In this document: positions 9,211 to 18,348 of the stretch, piece by piece | Layout of the letters: every line of letters begins with the position of its first letter | Numbering within the stretch: position 1 is the first letter of the stretch | Source of the DNA: a virus | Lineage: Duplodnaviria; Caudoviricetes | Length of the DNA stretch: 64,000 nt | Virus record (IMG/VR): IMGVR_UViG_3300005529_000009 | Coordinates: 827 to 64,826 of that record | Strand: one strand, 5' to 3' | Notes under the pieces: generated by a model | Told to the model about the DNA's origin: nothing | What the model saw: the letters and a program-made list of their open reading frames with translations, nothing else | The model's database searches: none | Translations under genes and position numbers: made by a program

Positions 9211-9719
9211 ATCCGCATGAACTCGCCAAAATATTCACGAGCTGCCGTGCAATAGGCCGCATGCGCCTCTGTCTCAGTTGCAAAATGACCGAGATAAATT
9301 AGACGCTGATTGACTTTAATGTGGGATCGCCAGCGACCCTTGGGGGCCGGATATGCGCCTTTTAATGGGCGTCTAGGCCGCGAATTAGCGGCATTCTGCG
9401 CATGTGTGGCTAAGCGCAGATTAGCGATTCTATTGTTGGATGTGTCCCCATCAATATGATCGATATGCATTCCTAAAGGAATTTCGCCATGAACATAAGC
9501 CCAAGCCAATCGATGCGCTTTGTAGCGGACTCTACCGATTGATATACGGATTCTGTTGCCCGACCCTACCGAATGAGCAAGCGTTCCCGCATAACGAGTA
9601 TTCCATGTCTTAGTAACGTCCTTACGCACTTTCCATGTGAAGAGCCCTGTTTCTGGAGCGTAATCCAAGATGGTTCGTAGATATTCAAGATTGGGCGTAT
9701 CGTTTGCTGGCACTAACAA
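9207..9719 (-). CDS. HNH homing endonuclease (HNH + AP2-like)
   Basis: AHRLAW...IDHIDGDTSNNRIANLR; YLGHF...AHAAY. Confidence 0.9.
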   Translation of the reverse strand: MLVPANDTPNLEYLRTILDYAPETGLFTWKVRKDVTKTWNTRYAGTLAHSVGSGNRIRISIGRVRYKAHRLAWAYVHGEIPLGMHIDHIDGDTSNNRIANLRLATHAQNAANSRPRRPLKGAYPAPKGRWRSHIKVNQRLIYLGHFATETEAHAAYCTAAREYFGEFMRI

Positions 9720-9730
9720 TCATTCCTCCT

Positions 9731-10162
9731 TCATGGACTGCGGAATGCGACAGCCCATCTCAGGGCGTCATGGCCATATCTGAGGGGATTGCCTTGCTTG
9801 ACGATCCAATTGCCGGGAGAACCGCCAACAATCAAAGCGACGTGATGCCTGGAAACAGCAACGCAACCAGCACAAGGCTGAGAATTATGTCCCCAGGCAA
9901 ACCAGCGAGATGCGGAATTGAATGATTTGTCGGCAATGCCGAGCAAATGTCTAAGGTAGCATCCACACCACGGAATGCCGTAGCAATCGGATGGGCGAGC
10001 ATCGGACAAAATTGTCCGAATAGGCGATTCCCTACGAGTAAAATGCCGCTCGTAATGATGACTAATTCTCGCGTGATTATTCCCAACATCGCTTGTCCAA
10101 TAGGCGTTCGCGGACGATAGTGGGACAAGCAATAGAAAGAGCACGGCGAGAATAACTCGCAT
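9731..10162 (-). CDS. secreted NlpC/P60-CHAP-like cell-wall peptidase
   Basis: Signal peptide; PWCG (Cys), ASRW, HHVALI (His), QGN. Confidence 0.7.
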   Translation of the reverse strand: MRVILAVLFLLLVPLSSANAYWTSDVGNNHARISHHYERHFTRRESPIRTILSDARPSDCYGIPWCGCYLRHLLGIADKSFNSASRWFAWGHNSQPCAGCVAVSRHHVALIVGGSPGNWIVKQGNPLRYGHDALRWAVAFRSP

Positions 10163-10189
10163 CCAGTCACCTGTGAGTTGTTTCGGGAA

Positions 10190-11959
10190 TTAGTGCTTAG
10201 GCTTGTAGAGGTCGCAGACGCCCTTGGGCGCGATAGTGCCCTTCACCGCACTGCATCCGTGCGGCGGCTTCCACATCGTACAAATGCTACAGTGGCGGTC
10301 TTTACTGCCGACGCGATAATGCACTTTAGCTTTTGCTACTTTGTCCTTCACCGCGCCGCCATCGGCTCGATAGAGCACGTCCGTAAGCGCGTTATTCAAG
10401 TCCTGATGGTCTTCGTCGAGCGCCTGCGGTATCGTAGGAAAGCGTCCTCTTTCGTCCTCGACATTGGTTGATGGTCTGGCTTCGGACTCGAATTTCTGCC
10501 AGTTGGCGTGAGTCCCCATTTTCTTGGTCAGGTCTAATGGGCCTTGAACGCTGGAGCCTAAAATGCCAAGTTCGGCTGGTCCACCGTTGGCTAAGCCATG
10601 CGCATAGGTCTTGTTCTTTACCTTGCCGCCGTGTTTCTGTTGGGTGAGTCGTCCTCCCAGGCGGCGATTCTCATCGGTATCGGCGCTGGCTGGTACTGGG
10701 CCGTTCGGGAGCATAGAAATCGCATCGCTCCCGGTCGCACCGACAGTTGGCAACACAACACTCGGTCGCGGGAGTGCCCTTTGGTTGAGGTTAGCCCCCA
10801 TCTGTTGACCAAGTGGAGATCGCGCCCTGACCGCCTCGTTGATTTGTCTGGCGGCTCGGGTGGTTGCTGAATTGACCATTCTACGCAGTGTGTAACCAGC
10901 TACGGGGGCAACGCCATGCGTTACCAAGCCCGTGATGGCACTTCCCAAGCCGCCACCGCCACCGAGAATGTTGCTGGCCATGCGGCCGGTATTCGTTAAG
11001 GGAGTGCCTTCGACGATAGACCGCATCTGGTCTAACTCGTCTTGCGTATAACCGCGGCGCAATTTCGGATTGAGATAAATATCCGCCATTCTCTGCCGGA
11101 TGGTATTACCAAGATTCATGCCAGAATTTGGAGCACTAGACCGCAACTGCGCTTTGGTCATTGTTACGTCAAAATCAGCCGCGCTTTTCATGGCCGAATA
11201 ATTGGCGTTTGCTTCTTTCAAAATTGCTGCAGCAGCTTTTGGGTCGCCTTGGATGGTATACTCCGGCGGCATGTTGGCGAGAAACTCGTCGATGTGTTGT
11301 TGCGCCGATTTCGCAGCCAGTCGTTCTGTTGCATCCGGCGAGCCCGCTGCATTTCCTAGCGTGCGACGTAGCGTTCTTAGATTGTTGACCGTCAAAAACG
11401 AGTCGTCCGGCACGTTGTAGAGCTTATTGAGAATGCCGAATGTCTTGGGTGCCACGTTGGCATCAATGCCAATTTCCGGGCTATTGAAATCGTCGATGAT
11501 CTGGTCTGCAATTCGAGGCCCGGCAGCGGCAGAAATCCGAACGTCCTGCACTACCGGATTTTTATAGCCAGACGTTCCTGTCGCTGTTTCTTTCAATTGC
11601 TGAATGGTGGGGGCGGCTATTTTCTCAGGAAAACCCGCAGCAACAGAGCGAGGCGTGGTCATCGCCGCAAGGTCGGTTGTCCTATTTTGAATTGCCGCAT
11701 TGGTGGCTTGTAATCTTGCCTCATCCTCGTCCGACCATTGACCGGGAACTGTAGGAGTGACGTTAACTGCCCCAGACGCCACATCGCCGGGAAGCCTAAG
11801 CGCATGGTAGGCCCTTTCGGCCAATTGAACCGGCCATGTTTGTTCAAGTTTCTGCATGAACGTCGGCGCAGGTGGCGGATTGTCTCGAAGATAAGCGTCC
11901 GGGTCGAATCCGTCAGATGGCTGCGCCAAATAGGCATCGGGATCGAAGTTGTCGTCCAT
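10190..11959 (-). CDS. DNA ejection/internal virion protein with C-terminal HiPIP-like domain
   Basis: FDPDAYL repeats at the N-terminus, helical body, position after the SLT ejection protein; CxxC-x8-C-x12-C terminus. Confidence 0.65.
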   Translation of the reverse strand: MDDNFDPDAYLAQPSDGFDPDAYLRDNPPPAPTFMQKLEQTWPVQLAERAYHALRLPGDVASGAVNVTPTVPGQWSDEDEARLQATNAAIQNRTTDLAAMTTPRSVAAGFPEKIAAPTIQQLKETATGTSGYKNPVVQDVRISAAAGPRIADQIIDDFNSPEIGIDANVAPKTFGILNKLYNVPDDSFLTVNNLRTLRRTLGNAAGSPDATERLAAKSAQQHIDEFLANMPPEYTIQGDPKAAAAILKEANANYSAMKSAADFDVTMTKAQLRSSAPNSGMNLGNTIRQRMADIYLNPKLRRGYTQDELDQMRSIVEGTPLTNTGRMASNILGGGGGLGSAITGLVTHGVAPVAGYTLRRMVNSATTRAARQINEAVRARSPLGQQMGANLNQRALPRPSVVLPTVGATGSDAISMLPNGPVPASADTDENRRLGGRLTQQKHGGKVKNKTYAHGLANGGPAELGILGSSVQGPLDLTKKMGTHANWQKFESEARPSTNVEDERGRFPTIPQALDEDHQDLNNALTDVLYRADGGAVKDKVAKAKVHYRVGSKDRHCSICTMWKPPHGCSAVKGTIAPKGVCDLYKPKH

Positions 11960-14900
11960 TATTGTATGCCAAGCCTTTGTTTGATTTTTGTGGCACGCGG
12001 GTCTTTCGGATTGGCATTCGCCCAATCAAGCGCTCTTTGATCTTTCTCCGGTAGAGCCGATTTCTGCTCAACCGGCGAAGAGCCCTTCAGCAACTCATAG
12101 GGCCGCTCGCCTATCAAATTCTTGAACTGCTGTTCCGAAAGGCCGGAAGCAAGAGCCTGCCGTTCGCGGCCCTCAAGTTGACCGCCAAGTAGTTTCTGCG
12201 TCACGGCAACAGCACCAAGCAATTGCTCTGGGCTGCTAGTCGTGCCGAATGGCTTCCCCGCCTTTTCGCGTTCTTCTGCGGTACCGGCTCCAGCAACGCC
12301 GATGGCCTTGATGATTTCCGGCCCGACTATAGTGCCGGCCGCTTGCAGGTTGGTCGCGGCATCGGCACCAAACTCGGCACTAATCGCTGCCTTGACCTTA
12401 TTCAAGGCTTGGAGGTTGTTGCCAGTTGGATCGGTAGAATATGCATTCCACGCATTGGCGAGTTGTTTCAGCGTGTCCAAATGACGAACCGCAGTGCCAA
12501 GCGCCACGGTAGACCTACCGTCAGCCCCGAGAACAAACCGCAACATCCCAGGTGATGTACGTCGCATTTCCGCAATCTGGTCTGGCGTATAACCACGCGA
12601 CAGGCCCAACGCGACGCCATAGTTTTCAACAGCGTTGGAGTAATTCTGCTTGGCTCGCGCTAGAGGACTATTGCCAAAACCAGTCCCGCCCTGCGGAAGC
12701 TTGCCGGTTTCCATATAATAGATGGCGTCGGTCTTTAAGGCATCCGGTGAGCGATTATAAATCTGTGTCGGTTCAGGGAGTTCCCATCCCTGCTCGACAT
12801 GCGGAGCACCTTGCGAATAATCGTAAGGTCCGGCCGCGACCAGCTTCTTGTTATATTCGATCGGGCTCTCGCCCTGGGCTAAAGGAGGCGCGGCGGTTTG
12901 CGGAGTGCCAGACAAGTTGCTGGTATCAATGGGTTTCAACGTTAAAGGATTAAGAAATCCAGGCCCGTTAGGATTGGGAATGCCCAAGACCGGATTGAAG
13001 TTTTTATCGTAGCCAACAGTCTGCGGCTTTCTTGACTCCGCTATACGCAAGAGTTCATTCGTTCTGGCGTTCTGTTCCTGTGCTGCCGCTACTCGTTCTC
13101 TATATTTTTCTTCGGATTGCCAGTTTTCCTTTTCAGCATTTAGGCGGTTCACCGCCGTATCAGCCGTCACCTGCTGAATATGCTGCTCCTGCTGCTGTTG
13201 CAGGTTTCCCAATCCACCCAATATCCCGCCGCCGATAAGGCCATGCCCGGAGAACATCCCTCCGATACCGGCGAGGATGGCTTGGGTGATGTCGGGATGC
13301 CATTGGGATGGCGCTGTAGTAGAAGTAGCGGGCGATGCTGTAGACGGGGCATAATTTGGCGATGCTAGACCGCCTGTGGGCGCTGCCTGCCCATTAAATG
13401 CCATTGCCGCAAGGTTGGGATCATTCATCCGGCCGAGGATGTCGCCAACATAAGACGAAACAGTTTTGCCGCTTGGATCGGCTACGTTGCGCTTCCATGG
13501 CGTAGGACTATCAGGAGGGGCCACGTTTCCAGGCCCAGAGAAATAAGCGACTGCGGCTCGTGCCGGATCGCCGCCATATTGGTCATAGTAGGCTGACAGG
13601 ATGCGGTTGCCAACCCTGCGATTGGCGACTGGATCTCTAATGTCTTCCCCCGGCAGCGCGTATTGCCTCCAAGTCTGAGGTTCAATCTGCATCGGGCCGA
13701 TTGCGCCCGCTGAACTTGTAGACGGGTTGCGGCCAAAGCTACTCTCTTGACCATAAGTCGCATTTTGCAAAGCGATCAATTTTGGATCGGTCGCCTTATT
13801 GATTGCCGCCAACCCGGCGTCTCCGCTGCTATCATCCGAAGGAACGGTCGAAACATCCAGTCCAGGATCGTCTGTGCCATTGATGGACACGTCATCATCA
13901 GGTGAGCCTCCATCGGCAAAGCTTCGCCCCCCGCGCGCCCGCAATCCATTGAACGGGGTGGCGAGGCCAGGACTAGCTATCGGCATAACCCCTTGGGGCG
14001 GCCTGTTTAACGCCTGCCCCATAGGGATGCCGAAGCCCTGACCGAAACCGCCTCCTCCACCAAGTCCCGGCATCCGCGTGCCGGGGCTTATCATCTGCCC
14101 TATCTGCTGAGCGTAGTTGGTATTGGTCGGCATTTGTGGACGCATACCAAAGCCACCAAACCCCATCGGCATTCCGCCGTAGGCAAAGCCTTGCAATTGG
14201 CTTGATGGATCAATCCGACCGCCCTCTGAAATGCGGCCGCCGCGCTTGACAAGCGCGCCCAAAGCGAGTGAATCGCCGCCACCCATTGCTATACTATCGG
14301 CAGCACCGAGATTTGGTGCCAGACCGCCTCCGCCAATGCCGATGCTGGGCATGGAGGCCGTCCATCCGCCCATGCCGGCATCGCCTGCGCCATTTGATGG
14401 CCCACCAAAAAGACTTCCTAAACCGTTATTGATACCGCTAATGGTTTTCGCGGCACCGTTGACCTGATTGAGTGTGCTCAGAAGGCTCTGCGGCGGCGGT
14501 ACGGTAGGAGGCTTCGGCGGCCCATTGCCCATCGCGGAAGGCGTATTGGGAATAAGAGGAACGCTAGGAGGGCCACTCATGATATTAACGTCAAGAGCCC
14601 CATTCGTTGAACCGCCATTCGCCAGATGCAATAGGCCAGCCGCAAGCTGATTTGCGCTTTGGTCGCCGCTCAAAGCACCGGCTAGAGCGTCATACCCTAC
14701 AAGCGAGTTGCTATAATCATCGCTGACAGAACCGCCATCATCAAAGGTTCGGCCGCCGTGCGCGTGACCAGAAAGCAGACTAAAGAGTGAAGGCGTCGTC
14801 TGTGTCGAACTCGTACCGCCGCTGATCGAACCAGTCCCCTCGATAATCGGGGCCTGATAGGACAATCCCGTGACGCCTATTTGGTTTAGGTACTGCTGAT

Positions 14901-16026
14901 ATTGCGCGTTCAACAATGCTTGCTGATAAGCTTGTTGGGTCGAGGCGCCAGCGGCTATCTGTTGCGCGCCCGTCCCCGTCAAGGCACCCGCTTCCGCAGG
15001 ACCAAGCGAGGCCGTCTGTGTTCCGATACCTGCCAAGCTGCTGCCGATTCCGGCTGTCGTCCCCGCGAGAGCTCCATAGTCACCGCCGAGTTGGCCGGTT
15101 TCAACGCCGAGCTGTCCGGTAAGACCGCCCAACTGCCCTAGCGTACTTCCAGCCCCGACAACGCCCGAACCAAGGCTGCCGTAGACACCCCCAAGGGTCC
15201 CCATGGCAGAGCCGACACCCGCGACACCCGAACCGAAGCCGCTATAGAGACCGGCGGCGGATTGCTGTAATCCCTGCTCACCCATTGCCTCTTGAACGGC
15301 CTGCCCATAGCCGGTGTTTTCCAGCCCGGCGATCACCGGAGCTTCCGCTGCTTGTTGTTGCCCGGCTAAGACACCCTGAGCAACACCCGCCCGATCACCG
15401 CCAAAGGCATTCCCGCCAAGGATAGCTGAGCTCGTAAGTTGGTTAGCCTGAATGGCATTGCTATTGGCAAACGCATTTTCGGTCGAATTAACGACGTCAT
15501 TCAGATACGGACTCATATACTGCTGGATGCTTCCAGACGTAATCGGATTGATTACGCTCTGCGCAGCCAATCCAGCCCCCATGCCGTAATATGGCAGAGC
15601 ACTACCCAGCGTATTTAGACCCGATCCAACCGCACCCGCCCCAGCGCTGTAATAAGGTAACGCTCCACTGACTGTACTCGCCCCCGACCCGACCAAACCC
15701 GCGGCACCGGGCATAAGGCCCAGCCCGGCGTTAATGGCGGAATACTCATTGGGCAGAAAGTTAAGCGCCCCCGATGCAACGCCGTATCCCCCGGAAATCT
15801 GACTCCCGCCAGAATTGATAAACTTCTCAAGTGCCGCAGGCGCTTGATTGATGGTATTCTCGCCGATGATCTGTTCCCAGCTCGGCGGGGCAACATATTG
15901 GGCCGGCAAGTTGGTAAGACTCGCCCCGACAGTCTGCGCCTGACCGATAAGATTCTGGTAGTCCGCCAGAATCTGCGGGGGCGGCGAACTGGAAGTATTA
16001 GCCTGCGATGTGCAAAGTGAGCCCAT
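11959..16026 (-). CDS. large ejection/internal virion protein with lytic transglycosylase (SLT) domain
   Basis: Gly/Ala/Gln-rich pilot-like N-terminus (YMSPY, AFGGDR); SLT motifs QESS, AGAIGPMQ and AVAYFSGPG at about 13430-13780. Confidence 0.8.
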   Translation of the reverse strand: MGSLCTSQANTSSSPPPQILADYQNLIGQAQTVGASLTNLPAQYVAPPSWEQIIGENTINQAPAALEKFINSGGSQISGGYGVASGALNFLPNEYSAINAGLGLMPGAAGLVGSGASTVSGALPYYSAGAGAVGSGLNTLGSALPYYGMGAGLAAQSVINPITSGSIQQYMSPYLNDVVNSTENAFANSNAIQANQLTSSAILGGNAFGGDRAGVAQGVLAGQQQAAEAPVIAGLENTGYGQAVQEAMGEQGLQQSAAGLYSGFGSGVAGVGSAMGTLGGVYGSLGSGVVGAGSTLGQLGGLTGQLGVETGQLGGDYGALAGTTAGIGSSLAGIGTQTASLGPAEAGALTGTGAQQIAAGASTQQAYQQALLNAQYQQYLNQIGVTGLSYQAPIIEGTGSISGGTSSTQTTPSLFSLLSGHAHGGRTFDDGGSVSDDYSNSLVGYDALAGALSGDQSANQLAAGLLHLANGGSTNGALDVNIMSGPPSVPLIPNTPSAMGNGPPKPPTVPPPQSLLSTLNQVNGAAKTISGINNGLGSLFGGPSNGAGDAGMGGWTASMPSIGIGGGGLAPNLGAADSIAMGGGDSLALGALVKRGGRISEGGRIDPSSQLQGFAYGGMPMGFGGFGMRPQMPTNTNYAQQIGQMISPGTRMPGLGGGGGFGQGFGIPMGQALNRPPQGVMPIASPGLATPFNGLRARGGRSFADGGSPDDDVSINGTDDPGLDVSTVPSDDSSGDAGLAAINKATDPKLIALQNATYGQESSFGRNPSTSSAGAIGPMQIEPQTWRQYALPGEDIRDPVANRRVGNRILSAYYDQYGGDPARAAVAYFSGPGNVAPPDSPTPWKRNVADPSGKTVSSYVGDILGRMNDPNLAAMAFNGQAAPTGGLASPNYAPSTASPATSTTAPSQWHPDITQAILAGIGGMFSGHGLIGGGILGGLGNLQQQQEQHIQQVTADTAVNRLNAEKENWQSEEKYRERVAAAQEQNARTNELLRIAESRKPQTVGYDKNFNPVLGIPNPNGPGFLNPLTLKPIDTSNLSGTPQTAAPPLAQGESPIEYNKKLVAAGPYDYSQGAPHVEQGWELPEPTQIYNRSPDALKTDAIYYMETGKLPQGGTGFGNSPLARAKQNYSNAVENYGVALGLSRGYTPDQIAEMRRTSPGMLRFVLGADGRSTVALGTAVRHLDTLKQLANAWNAYSTDPTGNNLQALNKVKAAISAEFGADAATNLQAAGTIVGPEIIKAIGVAGAGTAEEREKAGKPFGTTSSPEQLLGAVAVTQKLLGGQLEGRERQALASGLSEQQFKNLIGERPYELLKGSSPVEQKSALPEKDQRALDWANANPKDPRATKIKQRLGIQ

Positions 16027-16697
16027 CAAGACGCCTTCTGGTTAGGGCGATAGATGAAAAGTGCCCCGAGTGGAGCGCCGAAATGGCGCGAGAAAATACG
16101 AACCTTAGCTTCGGTTCGTTTGTTGGATACAACGCCGCTCATCAACGAAAGCCCGATTTTGTCAGCGCACTGCTTTGCAAACTCGAGGAGGCCGACGATG
16201 TGATTTTTCTTGCGGCAATCGGGCCGGATAAAGTGCCACAAATCCCCGAGATGCCATTCCTCAGTGTAGTAAAGCCGCGAAAGCATCAGGCAGGTCGTTG
16301 CTTCCACATCCCCCGGCGGTCCAATAACCCCGACCATAGGAGGGAATGTCAGACCCGCAGGCGGCGAAATCCCGTCATTGATAATTTTGCGAACAAGCTC
16401 TTCTGAGAATGAGAACAGTCCGTTTTCATCGTGCATCATGCGTAAGCATGCCATGAGGCTATCGGCGTCTTCGGAAGTTGCGATGCGAACGGGTGCGAGT
16501 GGAACTTCTGGCTTAGGTTGTGGAACTTCGGGCTTAGGTTCAGGCTTCCGTAGAAGATAATTTTCTTCCCTGATTTTAGTTTCTTTTTTTTCTTCGCGAG
16601 GCAAATAAACACGTTCTTGCGCGACAACGCTCGCGGCCTGCTTGTTTAGTGGTGAGGACGCCAATACGGCATCCCAATTCATTGTTAGTCTGGTCAT
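16026..16697 (-). CDS. GNAT-fold acetyltransferase-like protein
   Basis: VRIATSED..., FIRPDCRKKN..GLLEFAK pattern. Confidence 0.6.
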   Translation of the reverse strand: MTRLTMNWDAVLASSPLNKQAASVVAQERVYLPREEKKETKIREENYLLRKPEPKPEVPQPKPEVPLAPVRIATSEDADSLMACLRMMHDENGLFSFSEELVRKIINDGISPPAGLTFPPMVGVIGPPGDVEATTCLMLSRLYYTEEWHLGDLWHFIRPDCRKKNHIVGLLEFAKQCADKIGLSLMSGVVSNKRTEAKVRIFSRHFGAPLGALFIYRPNQKAS

Positions 16698-17332
16698 TTT
16701 TTAGGAGCTGGAAGCGACTTAAGCTTCTTGATGTGCTTCTTGCGCTCGGCCACGACCCATTGGTCCAATGCGGAGTGACCTCTATTCACGTCCCCCGTTC
16801 CGCGAGGAAGCCGATGCACGATTTCATCAACACGACGCACTTGGTCGGGATGGAGAATGTATTCGCCACCTGCAACGATAATATCGACGGGCTTGCCGAC
16901 AACACCGCCTTTGGCAAAATGCCCTATATGTGGAGGTCGTGGAATGTTTGAATGCAGATGCGGCATTGCTGGCGGATGAATGCCGAACATCCCACTCAGT
17001 GCATTTCCACCCGCTAATGTATTGCCCTGTCCGAGATGGCTGACGAAATCGGCGGGCAGTACATACGAGCCGCTGGGGACCGATATTCCGTGCTTGTCCG
17101 TCCGCCCCGGAACCGCCGATTTGATAAGTCCGGGAGGATGGACACGGGAGAGCTCCGAGAATGCCCGATGTGCGAAATAGTCCGGTGAGCCGCCGAATGC
17201 GAACTTCGCGCCGTGCTGACGGGCGTTGCGATAGGCAGCGGCGATGGCCTGACGCTGAGGATGTCCGGCCCGTACCATTTCGGATATGTTGGTTGACATA
17301 GCTGAGCGAGATGCGCTTGGGATGAGCGGCAT
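16694..17332 (-). CDS. virion protein with tape-measure-C-terminus-like motifs
   Basis: FAFGG, PGRTD..GSYVLPAD, FAKGG..GGEYI; N-terminal NISEMVRAGHPQRQAIAAA. Confidence 0.6.
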   Translation of the reverse strand: MPLIPSASRSAMSTNISEMVRAGHPQRQAIAAAYRNARQHGAKFAFGGSPDYFAHRAFSELSRVHPPGLIKSAVPGRTDKHGISVPSGSYVLPADFVSHLGQGNTLAGGNALSGMFGIHPPAMPHLHSNIPRPPHIGHFAKGGVVGKPVDIIVAGGEYILHPDQVRRVDEIVHRLPRGTGDVNRGHSALDQWVVAERKKHIKKLKSLPAPKK

Positions 17333-17408
17333 TGCAGCTCCTCAAAATCGGAGAACGGCGAATTTTTGTCAGTTGGGACGCAGGTCGCCAGCAAAATGAC
17401 TGCGGCGA

Positions 17409-17885
17409 TTACTGCTCGTCGGTAGGAAAATTCGAGGTCTGGTTGGCGAAATCGTCTATGTCGGATGCACTCTTTTCGATGTCCGCCGCGATGGAATTGA
17501 TCTTTCCAATTCCGGCGTCGGCTTTTTTTGTTGCCGCACTCAAGCGGTTCATCGCCTTATCGGCGGCGTTTTCCACATCAGTCACGACACCTTTGGCGCT
17601 ATCTGCCAAAGCCTTTAGTTTCGACGGCATTTCTTCCTCATGTTTTACGGGCATTGCCAGCGCAAGTTTCAGGAACTTCAATTGCTGCGCCGACACGTAG
17701 CAGCGCCGCTCAAGCGGACAGGTTAAGTCCTTTTCCAGTTTCACAAGCCGGTCGTGCTCGGCTTCCGCATGCTTGCGTAGCTCTTCATCGGCCCCGGAAA
17801 ACTCAGCCAACGCTGTGCGGAATGACTGATGACGATCCTGGTACGCCCTGCCTAAAAGCGCGGCAAGATTAGAGGTCGAAGCCAT
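17409..17885 (-). CDS. hypothetical coiled-coil protein
   Basis: ORF track; may really start at the internal MPSKLK. Confidence 0.45.
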   Translation of the reverse strand: MASTSNLAALLGRAYQDRHQSFRTALAEFSGADEELRKHAEAEHDRLVKLEKDLTCPLERRCYVSAQQLKFLKLALAMPVKHEEEMPSKLKALADSAKGVVTDVENAADKAMNRLSAATKKADAGIGKINSIAADIEKSASDIDDFANQTSNFPTDEQ

Positions 17886-18348
17886 AAATCACGACTGCGG
17901 CTTGCGTATTCCCGGTTCCGAGCGACGGCAGCGTAATGGTTATCGCCGTCTGTTGTGTGGTTGCCGGTAATGGCGTGGGGAAATTGACAACGTAAGGGAG
18001 ATTGGAAGTCGTCACCCCGGATTGAGTGACATAGGCAAAATTGAGCGTCCAATGTCCATCGGATACCGTGGCATTGACGGCAGCAGCAGATGTCGATCCG
18101 CTGGACGTGATGATAAAGCCATTAAGATAAGTTGTTACGCCCGATGCGCCGCCGAAGCTGGCCGTGACATTCGTGGCACCCCCGTGGGCGCTGCTAAACT
18201 GAACACTCGCCCCCGCCGGCACATTGGGAAGCTGCGCACTCGAGTTCGAGGCAACACTGCTCGTCGTTTGATTAAGATTGTTAAGCGCCTCGGTCAGGGC
18301 TTGCGCATAACTGATGAGCCGCGGATCGGTTGTCGTCCCATTGCTCAT
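17869..18348 (-). CDS. virion (tail) structural protein
   Basis: Short coiled coil plus beta-rich Thr/Ser domain; follows the tail hub gene. Confidence 0.6.
   Translation of the reverse strand: MSNGTTTDPRLISYAQALTEALNNLNQTTSSVASNSSAQLPNVPAGASVQFSSAHGGATNVTASFGGASGVTTYLNGFIITSSGSTSAAAVNATVSDGHWTLNFAYVTQSGVTTSNLPYVVNFPTPLPATTQQTAITITLPSLGTGNTQAAVVIYGFDL

Noticed and set aside
11959-16026. Tape measure protein
   Set aside because: No tail tube, sheath or tail chaperone genes; the P22-like hub/adaptor context favours an ejection protein
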